A stretch of DNA of 62,617 nucleotides, filler included, from Choristocarpus tenellus KU-1152 (taxonomy: Eukaryota; Protista; Phaeophyceae), in the NCBI GenBank assembly GCA_964200185.2. It is 13 parts of 13 records of this genome, joined end to end, with 100 filler letters (N's around TTAATTAATTAA, not from the genome) between each part and the next. Parts side by side here need not be neighbours in the genome. Positions count along the whole stretch, not along the records: positions 10,941 to 14,525 come from CAXNAD020019105.1; positions 14,626 to 20,169 come from CAXNAD020010463.1; positions 20,270 to 23,710 come from CAXNAD020020004.1; positions 23,811 to 26,939 come from CAXNAD020022115.1; 9 more parts are not named here. One strand, 5' to 3'. Under the pieces are notes generated by a model. That model was not told the DNA's origin. It saw only the letters and a list, made by a program, of their open reading frames with translations, and made no database searches. Made by a program: the position numbers and the translations under genes. Of this stretch, positions 11,127 through 24,206 are shown piece by piece (positions within the stretch are counted from its first letter, which is position 1; each line of letters starts with the position of its first letter).

Positions 11127-14100
11127 TCAATCACTAATATAGACACTTCTTCTGGGGTATTGAGAGGTCGTGTTTAAAATAACCTAGACTTTAGCTCATA
11201 GATACAACAAAATAATAATTTGGGTTTCTTTCCCAAGCCCAAGATTGATTTACGTTATTGAGAAAGCCACATATCAGAGTTGAATGCCCACGCCTCAAGA
11301 TGGTGCTGCAGAGTAGGGGAACAAAGTCAGAACTTATCCCAAACTTTGAACTATGACTGGCAAAATATTTGCTCATTTTCAAGGTCTTGATGACCCAAAG
11401 CATAAACCATTCTACCATTCAGCGATCAAAGAGAACAAGTTCCTACATACAATTTTGCTTTAATACTGGGTACCCTCCTATTGTAAACACAATCTATGTC
11501 GAACTTATTTTCACGAGTGTCACAACCTTCCTATAACTCATGAATATAGTCATATTCAATCACTTCATGACAACCAATAATCTATTCCTAACACCATAAA
11601 ATTTCATTTGTTGATATATTTTCCCACGGATATGAAACAGGTTGCCCACAGGAAGCTTGAGATATCTAAGCGAGCAAACAACCAGAACATGAAGGCATGC
11701 AACAGTACCAGAACCAAGGGGGTTTTGCTTTCAAGGTTGAACTCACAACATGATACCTCTGTTGCCCCTGCATTTGGAGGTACCAATTGTCCTGCTGTCC
11801 TTTTGTCTCCTCCATTGCTTCAAAAGGATCACTGCAACCTCTCTCCCAAACTCAACAAGGTTGCTGATAGGTGAGGCGAGGCCTGGCGTGTAGAGCTATC
11901 TCACAGAGGTATATCAATCTTGTTCAGCTAAGGTGTATGTGCTAAAATAAATAAAGGTATCTCCTTCGTGTTTATGTCAACATAGAATGTGAGGTGTTAG
12001 TATCAATGGTTAATAGGATTGAGGGAAGAGCTAGATTTCAAGGAATGGGGAGAAAGAGAACAATGCAATAATGATAAGTGCACAATGATCTAGCCTATGT
12101 GGAACACAAATGTACCATCTACCAACAAGTGTTCAATTATTTTTTCCTAGCATGCTCCAGCTTGACGCTTTGTAACACTGGCAATTGACAATTTTGCCTA
12201 CCCTTTCAGTAGGTAATAGATCAAAACCTAAACATTTGCATGCACTAATTAGAATAATCCTGAGAATATCACTTGAAATAAAGGATAATTTGGTGGTACT
12301 CTCACAATCAAATGTATCAAACGCTCAGCCCATTAGTAAACAACTTGATCATCTTGCAAGGTATGACATAGTCGCACTTTGGAAAGTTTCATCGATAGAC
12401 GGCAGTGAGTTGTGGTGGTCAAAGCTACGTACTACAGGGCTTACCTCCGTTATCATCAAGAGAAAAGGGGGAAAAGTGTCTTCAGATGCTTTTGTACGAG
12501 AATGGGGTGTAATGCAGTTCCTGCAGGTGGGCATTGAGATATCTGCAAGATGTATCTTAGCTGCCTTTGTTTACATAAACCTTGACCCAATATATGCAGC
12601 TAGAGTTGCATGTCTACATTCATCCAAGTACAAGTCAGAATAGACATTTATTGACTCATTCCATTCCAAGAAAGATTTACCATATCTCCAAGTAGGTCAG
12701 TAGCAGCCCAAAACATACATAGTGGAACAGCATAATGATATCCATCCCACAAGAACCAACTGCATAGAGCTTTCTTGGACGAACTACAACCATTCATGCA
12801 TACACCACCTTTCTTGGATGAAGTACTCCCTTCAAATCCACATTCGATGTAGGTGTGAGGGCACTTCGAGGTAGATATAGACTTTTTTGGACCGTTCATA
12901 GAATTGGGGGTATAAATCTGGTAATAGGAGATAAAATGGAGAAGATATAGACATTCATATGGGTCTTGAATTATAGGAGCCGCATCTAAGGTCAATCCTT
13001 TTATCTTCATCAAAGTAGCTATCATAGCAAATGTATATACTACTGCAATCTCTTCTTGAAATGATAACCTTCCGATTGGGCTTACCTCATCATTCTAAAA
13101 CTGTAATTATCGGAAATCTTTCCATATTTTAAAACCAGACCCAAGACTACTATTCAAGTACTTTCATGTGAATAGTATACATATTTGTTCCTGTTGATTT
13201 GTGTTAGTTCAGCTCCTATTATTCACAATACCATATGTCTAGCTCAACACAACCTAATTTAATTCACTCAGTTGATTTGGTTGCAGTGTAAACTCAACCC
13301 TCGTTCCTTTTGCTTATTATATAGATGTGATAACTAAATATTCACAAGCGACTACAAATAAACGCAATAGACCGAGCACCATTTGAACAAGATGTAAGAT
13401 TAGGGTTGGTGGGGAGTGTGGGAGGTTTTTAGACTCTTCCATGCAAACCACCTCTAAACAATTCAGGGAGGCTGCTATTAGAACAAGGAATCCTTGTCAA
13501 AGGGTGTGAGCAGAGAAATGAGAATCTTGGGTGATAAGGGGATCAGAGGGGGTAATGTAACACTATTGGAGATTTCATTGACTTCATCGTGGATTTCCAT
13601 CACTCAATATAATTGTTCAAAACCAAAACCGAGGGTTAATTTTCTTGTTTGTTATTTTCTCGAAACCATGTGTGCTGTGTGCTCTGCCTTTGCCACTCTG
13701 CACTTTGTGCACCTTGCCTCATATGCCAATTAGAAGAACATACGTCAACAATTTCCACTCAATATTTTTTGTACTAAGAGTAGCTATTTGATTCACAATG
13801 ACTGATCTATCACTTCCTCCAATTGATACCAGCATATCACATCTCCTGGACATTCAAAACACAACCTGGTTATTTTTGTAGAAGATGTACCAATGAGAAG
13901 GGAAACACATTCTGCTGCCCTCATGCTGTTGACAACACATGTTAATGGCAGCATGAAAGAACCCCAACTGGATCCTAACCCTTATCCTTGCACCTCTAGG
14001 CCTAAAACTAGCGGTACTCCACAACCGCTTGCCCCCATGGACCATACAAAATTGTACAAGGATTATAGCACCACAGGGTATAAGGAAAGATAAATCCACT

Positions 14101-14864
14101 AACTTTCAAAAAACAAACATATGCTCCCAAACATTCACAATGGTTGCACCACCCGCAGTCTGAGTGCGGTGGATCATACATTGTCAAGCTGGAGAATGCT
14201 TTTGAGGAAGAATCCTGCCTTGTTCTCAATCTAAGAGCAGGCTCTGCCACCCTTGAAGAGATCGGCAGGGAACTGCATGCTCAAAGGGAAACACTAGCCA
14301 TTACAGAGGATATTTTTTACACTCAGGTTCAGTGCCATTTTTCTCATCTTTCTCTACTGAGAAGAAAAAGGGATTGCTCAAATGAGATGTTCTTCATGTG
14401 GTGACAATCTATGTACAATGGAGTTGACCCAGAAAGAAATCTGAGGGTTCCACAAAACCCATGGGCTGTGTTGTCGCCCTATTCCGCAATAGCTCTAAAG
14501 ATCCAGCTCAATGTATCTGGGGGGGNNNNNNNNNNNNNNNNNNNNNNNNNNNNNNNNNNNNNNNNNNNNTTAATTAATTAANNNNNNNNNNNNNNNNNNN
14601 NNNNNNNNNNNNNNNNNNNNNNNNNCCTGTCGCTTGCTCACGACCGACTTGGATCTTAGGGTGGGAGGGGAGGTCAAGTTTGGGCGGGGTAGATGTCTTC
14701 TAGCTCAAAGGCATGGTATGAAGGGGATGATGAAGGGGGGTTCTTGGATGATTGTGGAGTGGTGTTGAGTGGTGTTGAATGGTGTGATGGAGTGGTAATT
14801 GGGGTGGGGTTGACTGGGGTGGGTTGAGTGGGGTTGAATAGGGTTGAAAGGGGTGGTAGAGACC

Positions 14865-15070
14865 GGAAATCTGTGGCAAAAGGGGTCGTACTGGTTGGTC
14901 ATCAGATAGGGGGGGTGATTGGAAATCAGTGGCGAAGGGGGTTCGCCCTGGTTGGTCATCAGATGTGGGGGTGACTGGAAATCAGGGGCAAAGGGGGTTT
15001 CGCCCTGGTTGGTCATCAGAGGTGGACGGTGGCTTGAAATCAGTGGCGAAGAGGTCGCACTGGTTGGTCA
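14865..15070. repeat. Tandem array of four 56-59-bp units, each with an internal hairpin
   Basis: Unit core GAAATCAGTGGCGAAGGGGGTTCGCCCTGGTTGGTCATCAGA starting about 14865, 14921, 14977 and 15036; preceded by degenerate GG(T/G)GTTGA(A/G)T decamers at about 14755-14850. Confidence 0.9.
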
Positions 15071-16039
15071 CAAGGGTTGTTAGAATGTGGGGAGAAAAGG
15101 GAATAGGGAGGAATACAAATGTAGAATAAAATAATAATAATAATCCAGAATTCGTGAGCAAAATCAAATGAAGTATGTATATTTTTCTCGTTCTTCACAT
15201 TCATGTGATTTGATGCGAATTGGTGTGAAAATCATGGAATCCTTGGCATGCTAAACTGTTATTTGGAATGGGCCTAATCGCTAGTCAAAATTGCTGCCGT
15301 GACTGTGTCACTATACATGTATGTGGTATTGAGGCCGAGGGCGGGAAGGGTAGGGGAGATCGGGGTGGATGAGTGGGTGGGTGGGTGGGTGACAAGGTAG
15401 ATGGTGTTGCCTTTTTTGAGCAACATGACGCTTCCACAATAAATCTTAGACAGACGTCGAAGGCGCTTTATGTGAGTGTCCTATCCAAACGGAACTTGAC
15501 TCTGTTCCGAAAATAATGAGAAAATAATGAGGTCCATTCGAGGGTTATTGCTAAGGAAGAAATAAGACAAAACGGAAATTACTGATAGGCGATTCCTGGG
15601 GCAAGAAATGGTCACACTAATAGATACACAAGAACATCCATGACCTGGTCAGGCAATAGAAGCATGAAAGCCATTCTGCGCCAAAATATTACTTCTTCGG
15701 AGTATATAGCAAATGATTACAAAGAAATCAATGTGGACATGTGCAGGATCCATTTTAGCAAAGCAGCGATGGTATGTACAATAGGGTAATGTTGGACTGG
15801 CACATGGTAGAGGGACAAAGGTACTGTGAATGCATGCACTGGGATTTACCAGCACAACTAAAAGAAGACAATGTTTCACATTATTTTTATAGGAGGGTAT
15901 CAAATACTTCTTTCACCCCCAAGACCGGGGCATCACAAAAGTTCACCATTACCTCCAGGACAGCTTATCATACCTCATCAATGGAAGCACAAAATGAATC
16001 GGTCCTAGCCGAGGGAACCACATTCATTTCAGTAACCTA

Positions 16040-16950
16040 GTAGTACATCTTAATCCAAGCATGTTCTTCTCTATTCCCTGTCACTGTATTCACAATGGGG
16101 TGTGAGGGAACAAAGATGCCACAAAAGAGCACACGCCAATACAACTCTCTCTCCCATGTTGTCACAGTCTGGAGGAAGGCACGTGCCCTGATCACTACCC
16201 CCATTCCCTGCAAGCTTACCTCACATATTTGCACGGCATATGGCATTGTAGTCTTGACCAGATAGGATGAGGCAGGTGGTAGGCCAAAAGAGGGAGCGAT
16301 TGAGTTCTGAGGTCGCATGCTCCCCAAGACCTTGAGGGCGCTCTCACATAACAAATACGCCTGGCTCCAATGAGGGCACGGGGGCAAAATATCGAGGGGA
16401 TAAGTACAGTCGGAGATTTGGCGGTGGAAACCCAAAGACTTGGGGCAATGTTGGTGGTGAAAGAGGGGACAGATGTGTGCACACAAGGGAAGGTGTCCTA
16501 CAATGCAAGAAAGATAATCATCACATCAGGTGTGGCGTCCGATACCAGGGGAAAGGAAACGTTAAACAACTATTGTAGGGGGTCTAGCTCCTCCTGAAGG
16601 AGAAGGTGACTGAGAAATACAGGCATGGACACAAACTACCTCCACATGAGTGACAGTCAAGGATTCATCCCATTACAATAACCAATAAGCCCAAGCATCT
16701 CACAAGAATTAACACCATAATTCGCTGTGTGTTCATGTGCCAGAAACATGCAGTACACAGAAACTAGCCATTCCCTCAGGAAGGGACGATTGAAATAGTC
16801 CCCTTGGCTCCCTCCAAGACAGGGAACACCTACCTGGGGGGTGGGGTACTTCTTCGAGTACAGCGCTGTCACTGCCACCCCAAATGCTTTGCCCTCCCAT
16901 GATGGCTGATTCATCAGCCCTGACAAGAAACAGTCTGCTTTTTTAAATGC
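16040..16950 (-). pseudogene. Highly decayed non-LTR (CRE-like) reverse-transcriptase relic
   Basis: RPFLREWLVS..ANYGV, QEELDPLQ*LF (QGDPLxxxLF), PDVMIIFLAL*D (YxDD region), VSTAKS and LKVLGS, in RT-domain order; stops and frameshifts. Confidence 0.35.
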
Positions 16951-18202
16951 AGGGACCTTGTAAAACATGTGGGTGGATGAAGGCCATGTGTGTGTGTTTA
17001 CATTTGTGTGTGTATGTGAGCATAAACTCTGCAAGCAATTTATGTCAAGACGATTGGGGTACAGGAGAATATTCAAAAAGCAATGTCTTGAACAAGTAGG
17101 ACAGTCGCTTCTCACATTAAGCCAATACTGTGCATCCACCACGAGCCATCCACTTACCCCCTCAACCTTGTGTTGAGGATTAGGGCTGCAGGGGTGACTA
17201 ACTCACTCAAAAGTGCTCTGTTTTGTTTCGGAGCATGGTGAAACGGCCAATACTTCCGAAGGATCATCCTTCATACGATCATCCTTCACACTGAACGAGT
17301 GACATGTGCAGATCCCTAACCCTAAAAAACCATCCACAGTTCCCTCGCTCACAAAGCTCCAACATCAATAGTGATGCCCGTTTAACCAACGATTACTACC
17401 TTCTAGGGCAAAAAACAGATTAAAAAAAAGAAGTAGGGATGTAGAAAAAGTGCACCATTACACTATCAGGAAAAGTGAAATCATGACCGGTGTGTAGCTC
17501 AAGGAGGTAGGAGGCGTGAAAAAACTCAATATTAAAAAAAAACCAGCCTGTTCTTGCACATATGTGGGAATGATTTGTGCATATTTTACCCACTACGCAT
17601 ACACCCATGTCCCAAGTCTGGAGTAGTAGCTATGTCACAACAACAGAACCAACGCACCAAAGACCCTTGCAACCGTAGGACATTGCCCCCCCAAAAGGAC
17701 CACAGTTCCAAATATCAAGACACCATTTTACCACCGATATAGGTGTTGCTACTACTACATGGAATGATACAGGACTCGACAAGTACAGCAGAGCATTATT
17801 GGTTGCTCTCCGGGTAGGATGAAGGTATTCTGAAGTATTTGAGATACAATGAAGTACAATACCTCAACAACGAAAGGAGGCCAGAAGGTGATCAATACCC
17901 AACCCTCAACTCTACAAAGAGATCCTGGTGCTATATAAATACTAAACAGTACGGCCATGAACGCCGTATGGTAACACTATGCACGGCATACAGTCGACAT
18001 TCAACTATATATCAACAACGGCCACATCAGACCCAACATTCACCAGAAAAAAAACAAAATAAAAACATGAACCCAAACGTCGTCCAGGGTACACAAGACC
18101 GCCTGATCCACAAATATATCAACTCCTTCCGCCCCCAGCAATCACGCACAAAGAGGGGTGACTAAGTTCATCCTCAGCGGCCACTTATCAGACAACACTC
18201 AC

Positions 18203-18479
18203 TCTGTCCAGGAGCAGTCGGAGCGCCTTTATTGAGCAGCCCTGCTGAAGGAGGAGTTGCACCACCGTGGGGTTCTCAACGAAGAGGTTTTGCAAGAACC
18301 GGCATACTTCGCCCTTGACCTTCTCAGGACAAGGACAGGCCAAGACACAGACAGACAAGAGAGCTAGTCGGCTGACAGTGACCTGAACACCAGCTTTGTA
18401 CAACACAAGCGTCATTAGCTGTTACGTTACAGTATATGTATAACACACACACACACACACACCTTAACTTACAAGTCTA

Positions 18480-18521
<42 letters not shown>

Positions 18522-19386
18522 TTTTTTCCTAACCCTAACCCTAACCTTATAATCTACGAGTCCAGCGTTATATTAAGAAAAAAAAAACACATAGATACAC
18601 ACTATCACACGTAAGTACGACAGTCACCATCACACGCACATACTCAGAACACCAGAAAAATAGGAGATAAAATGTTAGAACGATCTTGGATTAAAAAGAC
18701 AAAGGGATCAACCAGAGGCAGCATGTAGGTGGAAGCAAGGGGAAAGGGGGAATACAATCAATCACGATAACACATCACAGCATTACCACTTGTTGGCCTA
18801 ATCAACAAGCTCTATCTCAGCGTTGTCCTGTCATGTTCTGGAACTACCACCTCCCGCAACGTTCATCAAGTAAGATTTATTGTAACATGACGAAAACGAG
18901 GGGGTATCAATTATATCATATCATATCAATCATATCATATCATATCATATCATAAATACCATACATACTCCATTTGATAAATTACAGGGGGGCGTTTTCT
19001 CCCACACACGTGTTGGTTGGATATTGGAAAAAAAAGGAAAATTAATGGAGCCAGCTACCTCTCAATAACGCCCCATCACAAAAACATACAATTTGATACT
19101 ACACTGAGTCATATCCAATACGTAGTGACATAGAGTGGTGTGAGTCAGTGTCTTACCCTTCATACCGCCACACCAAATGAGATGCCAACACACACACCAG
19201 CCTTCAATTTCGTTCAACAATAGCCCTTAGCCTCTCCCCTTCCCCTCCATAAACCCCGAGGCCCCTCGAAGCCTGCCTATTGTGATACACAACTACAAGA
19301 AAAAACTTAACCCTAACATCCAGTCCAGGAAACACCATCTCATTGTCAGCCTCAAATAGAGGATAGAGGAGGTCCAGACGCCTCCC
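18203..19386 (-). CDS. INTS2: Integrator complex subunit 2-like gene fragment (exon 18203-18319; probable upstream exon 19318-19386)
   Basis: VKGEVCRFLQNLFVENPTVVQLLLQQGCSIKALRLLLDR resembles the INTS2 C-terminal C-x2-LHQMFIADPxIAKLVHFQGY motif; AG/GT-bounded phase-0 exons of 117 and 69 bp. Confidence 0.55.
18528..18546 (-). repeat. Intronic (TTAGGG)3-like repeat next to (CA)n and (GA)n microsatellites
   Basis: CCTAACCCTAACCCTAACC; (AG)n at about 18484-18518. Confidence 0.85.
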
Positions 19387-20072
19387 CTGGTGAATAAAAA
19401 GCAATAAATTTTTTCGGATCCACACTTCTATGATGGAATGCACAGTATTTTTTTTTTACGAGGAATAGAAATAATTTTACAGAGATCGAGAACATACAAA
19501 ATGGGAGCAATACACAACAATATCACCAGTATATATATATATATATATTTATTTCTTAAAGTGTGAACCGAGGTTGAAACAGTCTACACACTTCAAAGAG
19601 TAAAAAAACATGCCTATTGGCTGTGCAACTTTCTTGAACCCACCTCCCACCGACTTCTCTGCAGACATAAGTATGTATCACTGAGTTCTTGAGATGTGCC
19701 AACAGTACAATATATATATTTTTTAAAAGTACTTTTCATGTCTTTCTAAAACCTTCTACACATTTTCTACATCTTATTAAAAAAATACCCATATAAAACT
19801 AGTGCATTACATCTGACCACAGACGGATCCGGGAAATTCAATCAGTAAATTAATCAATCAATTAGTGAACCGGTACAATTCTAACGGTAAAAAATAAATA
19901 AAATCAACCAACTATTATCAATAAATAAAATTATCAGACCACAATCGATTCCTCCGTTCATCACAAAATTCAACAACCCCCCCCTTATCAATACCAACAC
20001 CAAGAAACACACACCTTCCCCTCATCAAAACCCTCCATGGTAACATCGTATCCAGCTCCACAATATCAGGTG

Positions 20073-20108
<36 letters not shown>

Positions 20109-20316
20109 TCTTCCACCTGCACTACCCCTGCCACCCCCCCCACCCCCCCCCCCCCCCCCCCCCCTCCCCNNNNNNNNNNNNNNNNNNNNNNNNNNNNNNN
20201 NNNNNNNNNNNNNTTAATTAATTAANNNNNNNNNNNNNNNNNNNNNNNNNNNNNNNNNNNNNNNNNNNNCCCCCCCCCCCCCCCCCCCCCCCCCCGGCTT
20301 TTTTTTTTCTCCCCCC

Positions 20317-20371
<55 letters not shown>

Positions 20372-20404
20372 TTCCCCTACATCCCCATTCTCTCGAATAA
20401 GTAC

Positions 20405-20952
20405 CTGCAAGGAGAGCACAATGAGCATGGTCTTCTTTTCCCTATCATCCAGATAGGGCTTCACCAGCGACCACCCAGTCCCAATGAGGAGAATTACGAC
20501 GAACATCGTGATGCCCTTGAGAAAGGCAAATATATAGTACACCACCGACCAGGCCTCTGCCGCTCCCGAGAGGCGGAGGTAGTGGAGTCGCAAGGACTCA
20601 AACAATGCCGCCAGGGTCTTGAAGACCAACAGCACCGCCATCATGTGATGAACATGGTGCACCTGCTCTTGTTCGTTGCAAGCCGTCGCCGCCGATACAT
20701 TGCATGGGGGGGGGGAGCAAGAAAGGGGTTCAAGGGATTTGAAACAGACAGGAGGAAGTCAGGGTTTAAAAAAACCTTAGAAGTAGGAAATTGTTTTAAA
20801 TGCTCGTTTTAGAGGACATCCGTTTTCTGTGGGGTACACCAGCAGGGATCGGTTGAGTTCGAATGAGAGGAAGAGGGCACTGTTGAGCGTCAGGGTGTTG
20901 ACCCTGGTGTCTCGACTCGATAAAATGGGTGCTCTTTAACCTTTCCTAAGTG

Positions 20953-20985
<33 letters not shown>

Positions 20986-22995
20986 TTTGGGCGATGCGAG
21001 AGGCGTGAGATGTTAGGAAAGAGGCATGCACTCATTTTCGGTGCTGTGTTGCCATCTATGCCTTTGTGCGTTGGACACTGAACAGGGGACAGACTCTAGG
21101 ATGGGGTCAAAACTGAGTCAGTTACAGTCTTCTTTTCTCCCGCTTACCTCGGAAAATATCATGTATTTGGAAGATTAAGAAACCAACAACAACTGCAATT
21201 CCATTCCGTTATGCCAGAAATAAAATACCCAAGACTTAACATCAACACTCACATTATCCTCATCCAACTCTCCCCCACACACCCTGCCACAGCTAAAATT
21301 AACATCATGTACAATGAACAGTCCATCCCCACCCTGCTCCCTCCCTACTCCCTCCCACATTGCCATCCTAAGGACTTTTCCCACCTTGAGCTCTCAATAC
21401 GTTTCACTCACGCATGTACCGTGCCATCAAAATGCACACCCAAATGTATATATTTACTAGCAATGCGTGAGTTCTATCATACCTCAGCACCACAGTGATG
21501 GTAAATAAACAAAACCCATGCAAGTAAGGCACAGGAGGCCACAGTACAGTAACAAACGAACTTACATTAATTCATCATACCTGAGAACGGTTCTTCCTCA
21601 AGCAGTGAACCCATGCCAAGAGTGTCGCCAAAAACAGTACAAAGAAACAGAAGAACAGCGTTGGAAGCTCTCCATTCCCTGTCGAGAGGAAATCCGGTGC
21701 ACCTCCTAAGCCTTCGTTGAAGAACACAACCCTCAGATGGAAAGATACGGAGGCAGGAGGGGAGAGGGGGGGTGGCACAGGTCCTGCGCTGCTTCCTACA
21801 CCGCCCACAATACCCTTGTGACCTTTTTTGCTCTCCATGCCTTCTCGATCAAGTGGCGGACACTGGCAAAACAATAGCACATAGAGTCCTTTCTGTCCTG
21901 GCCCCACCTTCCGGTAGACATTGTTTTCATTGTTGGGATCCCTTGGATTCATTACCAAGTCCCCAGGTTCCACCATATCAAGCATACATATATTGGAGTC
22001 TAGGTTACCCTAGGGAAGTGGATAAGACAGGGTTAGGATGGAGTTGGGGATGGGGGAAAGTGATTGGTGCAAAGGGATTTGGAAGGAATGCAGTCAGCGA
22101 CTACAATTCCTTGCCATCAATTTTTAATTCGACGTAGAAAACAATGTATCAAAGTGATCAACACGTCCTCCTGAAGGTGGGGAGGGTCACGTAGAGACCA
22201 CAATTTCATCCCAATTTCTTCAATTGACAGGGGTCTGGATCATGCTCAGATCACCTCGAGCTCCTGCTGGGCAGAGCTCTCTGTAGAAGTTTTCTTCACG
22301 ATAAAGCCCATACGAGGTTCTTCAGCCGACCCCTTAACCTGGAACCGAGTGCAAAACAAATGAGATCGGGGACAGAATCGATAACAAGACTCGGTAGAGC
22401 AACTCGAGTTACAGGAGGCGTCCGCCAACAGAGCATGTGTGTTACGTGCAAGTTCAGCAGGTTGTGGTTAGAGGTTACCGATGGCGCTACACACCCACCA
22501 ACAAAGGACCATGTAACATCTTTGTAACAAAACATGTCTCTCATCCTTCTTATCCCCGTTAGTTGTTCATCCCACAACGGCTACTAATAGAAGGGAGAGA
22601 GCAGGCTTGAGATAGACACCGCACTGAGGGAATAGATAATTGTGGACAATGGCATAAATGCAAAGTATATATGTCATTGAACCATAAACACTGTACAAAA
22701 CAGTAATAGTTGCAATGGGCCACAACAATATTTCGCCTGACCCTGCCTCCCTAGACTAGCACATTCCACCACCTACCATGAAGTCAGACAGAGTGAGATT
22801 CATTACTCCGCCCTCACTGAAGCCGAAGCTCTCTATCTTGAATTCACGGCGGTTGTCGTTGGTGATGGTGAGATCGTGGATCATACTGTTTGCTGTCAAA
22901 CTCATCATCCCGAACACGGTGATAGTCAGAGACCATCCCCTCCAAAGTGTCCATCCGTTGCACCCTTGTCCAGCACTCCGACGGTATTCCTTCAT
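20405..22995 (-). CDS. GPR107/GPR108-like (Lung_7-TM_R / GOLD-7TM) protein, 3'-partial; exons 22777-22995, 22255-22338, 21581-22009, 20405-20662
   Basis: Spliced in frame with canonical GT-AG: IHDLTITNDNRREFKIESFGFSEGG, GLYVLLFCQC, DFLSTGNGELPTLFF, VHHVHHMMAVLLVFK, LKGITMFVVILLIGTGWSLVKPYLDDREKK. Confidence 0.92.
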
Positions 22996-23492
22996 AAGCT
23001 CCCTTCCAATATTCACCCCGGGGCAACTACCCAACCTTTGATATCGAGTTGTTTTGTGGTACCTGTTGTTGTTGATAAGAGGCTTTGGGTGTAGTTGGTC
23101 TACAACAACTCTTAGATAATCGGTGTGCACCAGGTTATAGGTTCATCCACCACTTTTTTGAAAGCTGAAAAGTTGGAACTGTAATAAAAATCCAACCCAT
23201 CAATAACGATAGTAGTACAGTAGTAGGGTAGTGGTTCTATAGTATTTTGTAGACAATATACTTACGCACAGTGTACAATGAAGAACTCGTCACTAGAAGT
23301 TTGAAGTTTGTATGTGCGACCAAAAATTCAAATCCACACTACCATTCTGTTTCAATCACTTTCACAGTATATTGATGTGTATCACTGCATTATACCCTCC
23401 TAACATTTTGGATATGTATCAGCAATAGCGAACGAGAAGCCAACTGAATACCATAATAACACCTATAAAAAAGTAGAGTTGTGTGAATCGTG

Positions 23493-23545
23493 TGCTAAGT
23501 TCGTGTGCATTTCATGCGTGAGTTCGAATCTCACCGGTGTCGCCA
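23493..23545 (+). pseudogene. Reverse-transcribed 3' part of mature tRNA-Ser(GCT) with encoded CCA (extended primer-binding site)
   Basis: TGCTAA anticodon loop, GTTCG stem strand, long variable arm, T-arm GTGAG-TTCGAAT-CTCAC, acceptor strand CGGTGTC, discriminator G, CCA; 5' half absent. Confidence 0.85.
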
Positions 23546-23546
23546 A

Positions 23547-23710
23547 TGTGAATCGTGTGGTTCTGTAGCGGCGTGGTTCACTAAGGCAAGGGTGGCGAAG
23601 AGAATCAACGGGCAAGACGGACCACACGAACTTGGACGAACCGTGACCGAGGGTACGAAGTTAAGGTTGGTCAAGGTTTAACTTAGGAGTGATAAGCAAC
23701 ATCAAAGATG
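23547..23710 (-). mobile_element. 3' portion of an LTR from a tRNA-Ser-primed LTR retrotransposon (cut by contig end)
   Basis: Minus strand ends ...GATTCACA followed by T-TGGCGACACCGGTG; homologous to 24207-24322. Confidence 0.8.
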
Positions 23711-23810
23711 NNNNNNNNNNNNNNNNNNNNNNNNNNNNNNNNNNNNNNNNNNNNTTAATTAATTAANNNNNNNNNNNNNNNNNNNNNNNNNNNNNNNNNN
23801 NNNNNNNNNN

Positions 23811-24190
23811 CAAGCAATCTCGCCGGGTTTATCACCTTTATCCTCTTTGATGATTTTGGGGATACTTTAACATCATCCGTGCTTGCTCTGAGCAGATTTA
23901 CTATATGCTCCCCCACGTCTTTGGTGAAGCTATTATACCTTTATTGCGATCCATATGAAATATGCCGTTACACCGATTGATGTTCCTTGTCAAGAATCCC
24001 TGATTCCAGTGAAGGAGCTTCCGTGAGAATGAATCCATGGAACGTCTTCAAAAGACCAGTTCCACAGATATGGGACTGCCCTTCATTCAGAGTTGTAAAA
24101 CATGAAATATTTACTTTGTTCTCACGTCTTGACATTTCTGATGATCCTCTCTCACTAGAGCCGTACTTTGTCCCCACAGTTTTTGTACAA
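23811..24190 (-). pseudogene. Ty1/copia reverse-transcriptase fragment
   Basis: LLKTFHGF (LxKxLYGL) and IVNLLRASTDDVKV (LLVYVDD) at the expected spacing; stops. Confidence 0.55.
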
Positions 24191-24206
24191 GCAGTCTTGC
24201 ACTTTT

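Noticed and set aside
14865-15070. CRISPR array
   Set aside because: Inter-core segments are only about 13-15 bp and resemble each other, there are no cas genes, and the context is eukaryotic
20037-20380. Poly-Pro and poly-Gly ORFs
   Set aside because: Translations of C/G homopolymers at contig ends running into N linkers
23493-23545. Functional tRNA-Ser gene
   Set aside because: 5' half (acceptor 5' strand, D-arm/A-box) is absent and CCA is encoded
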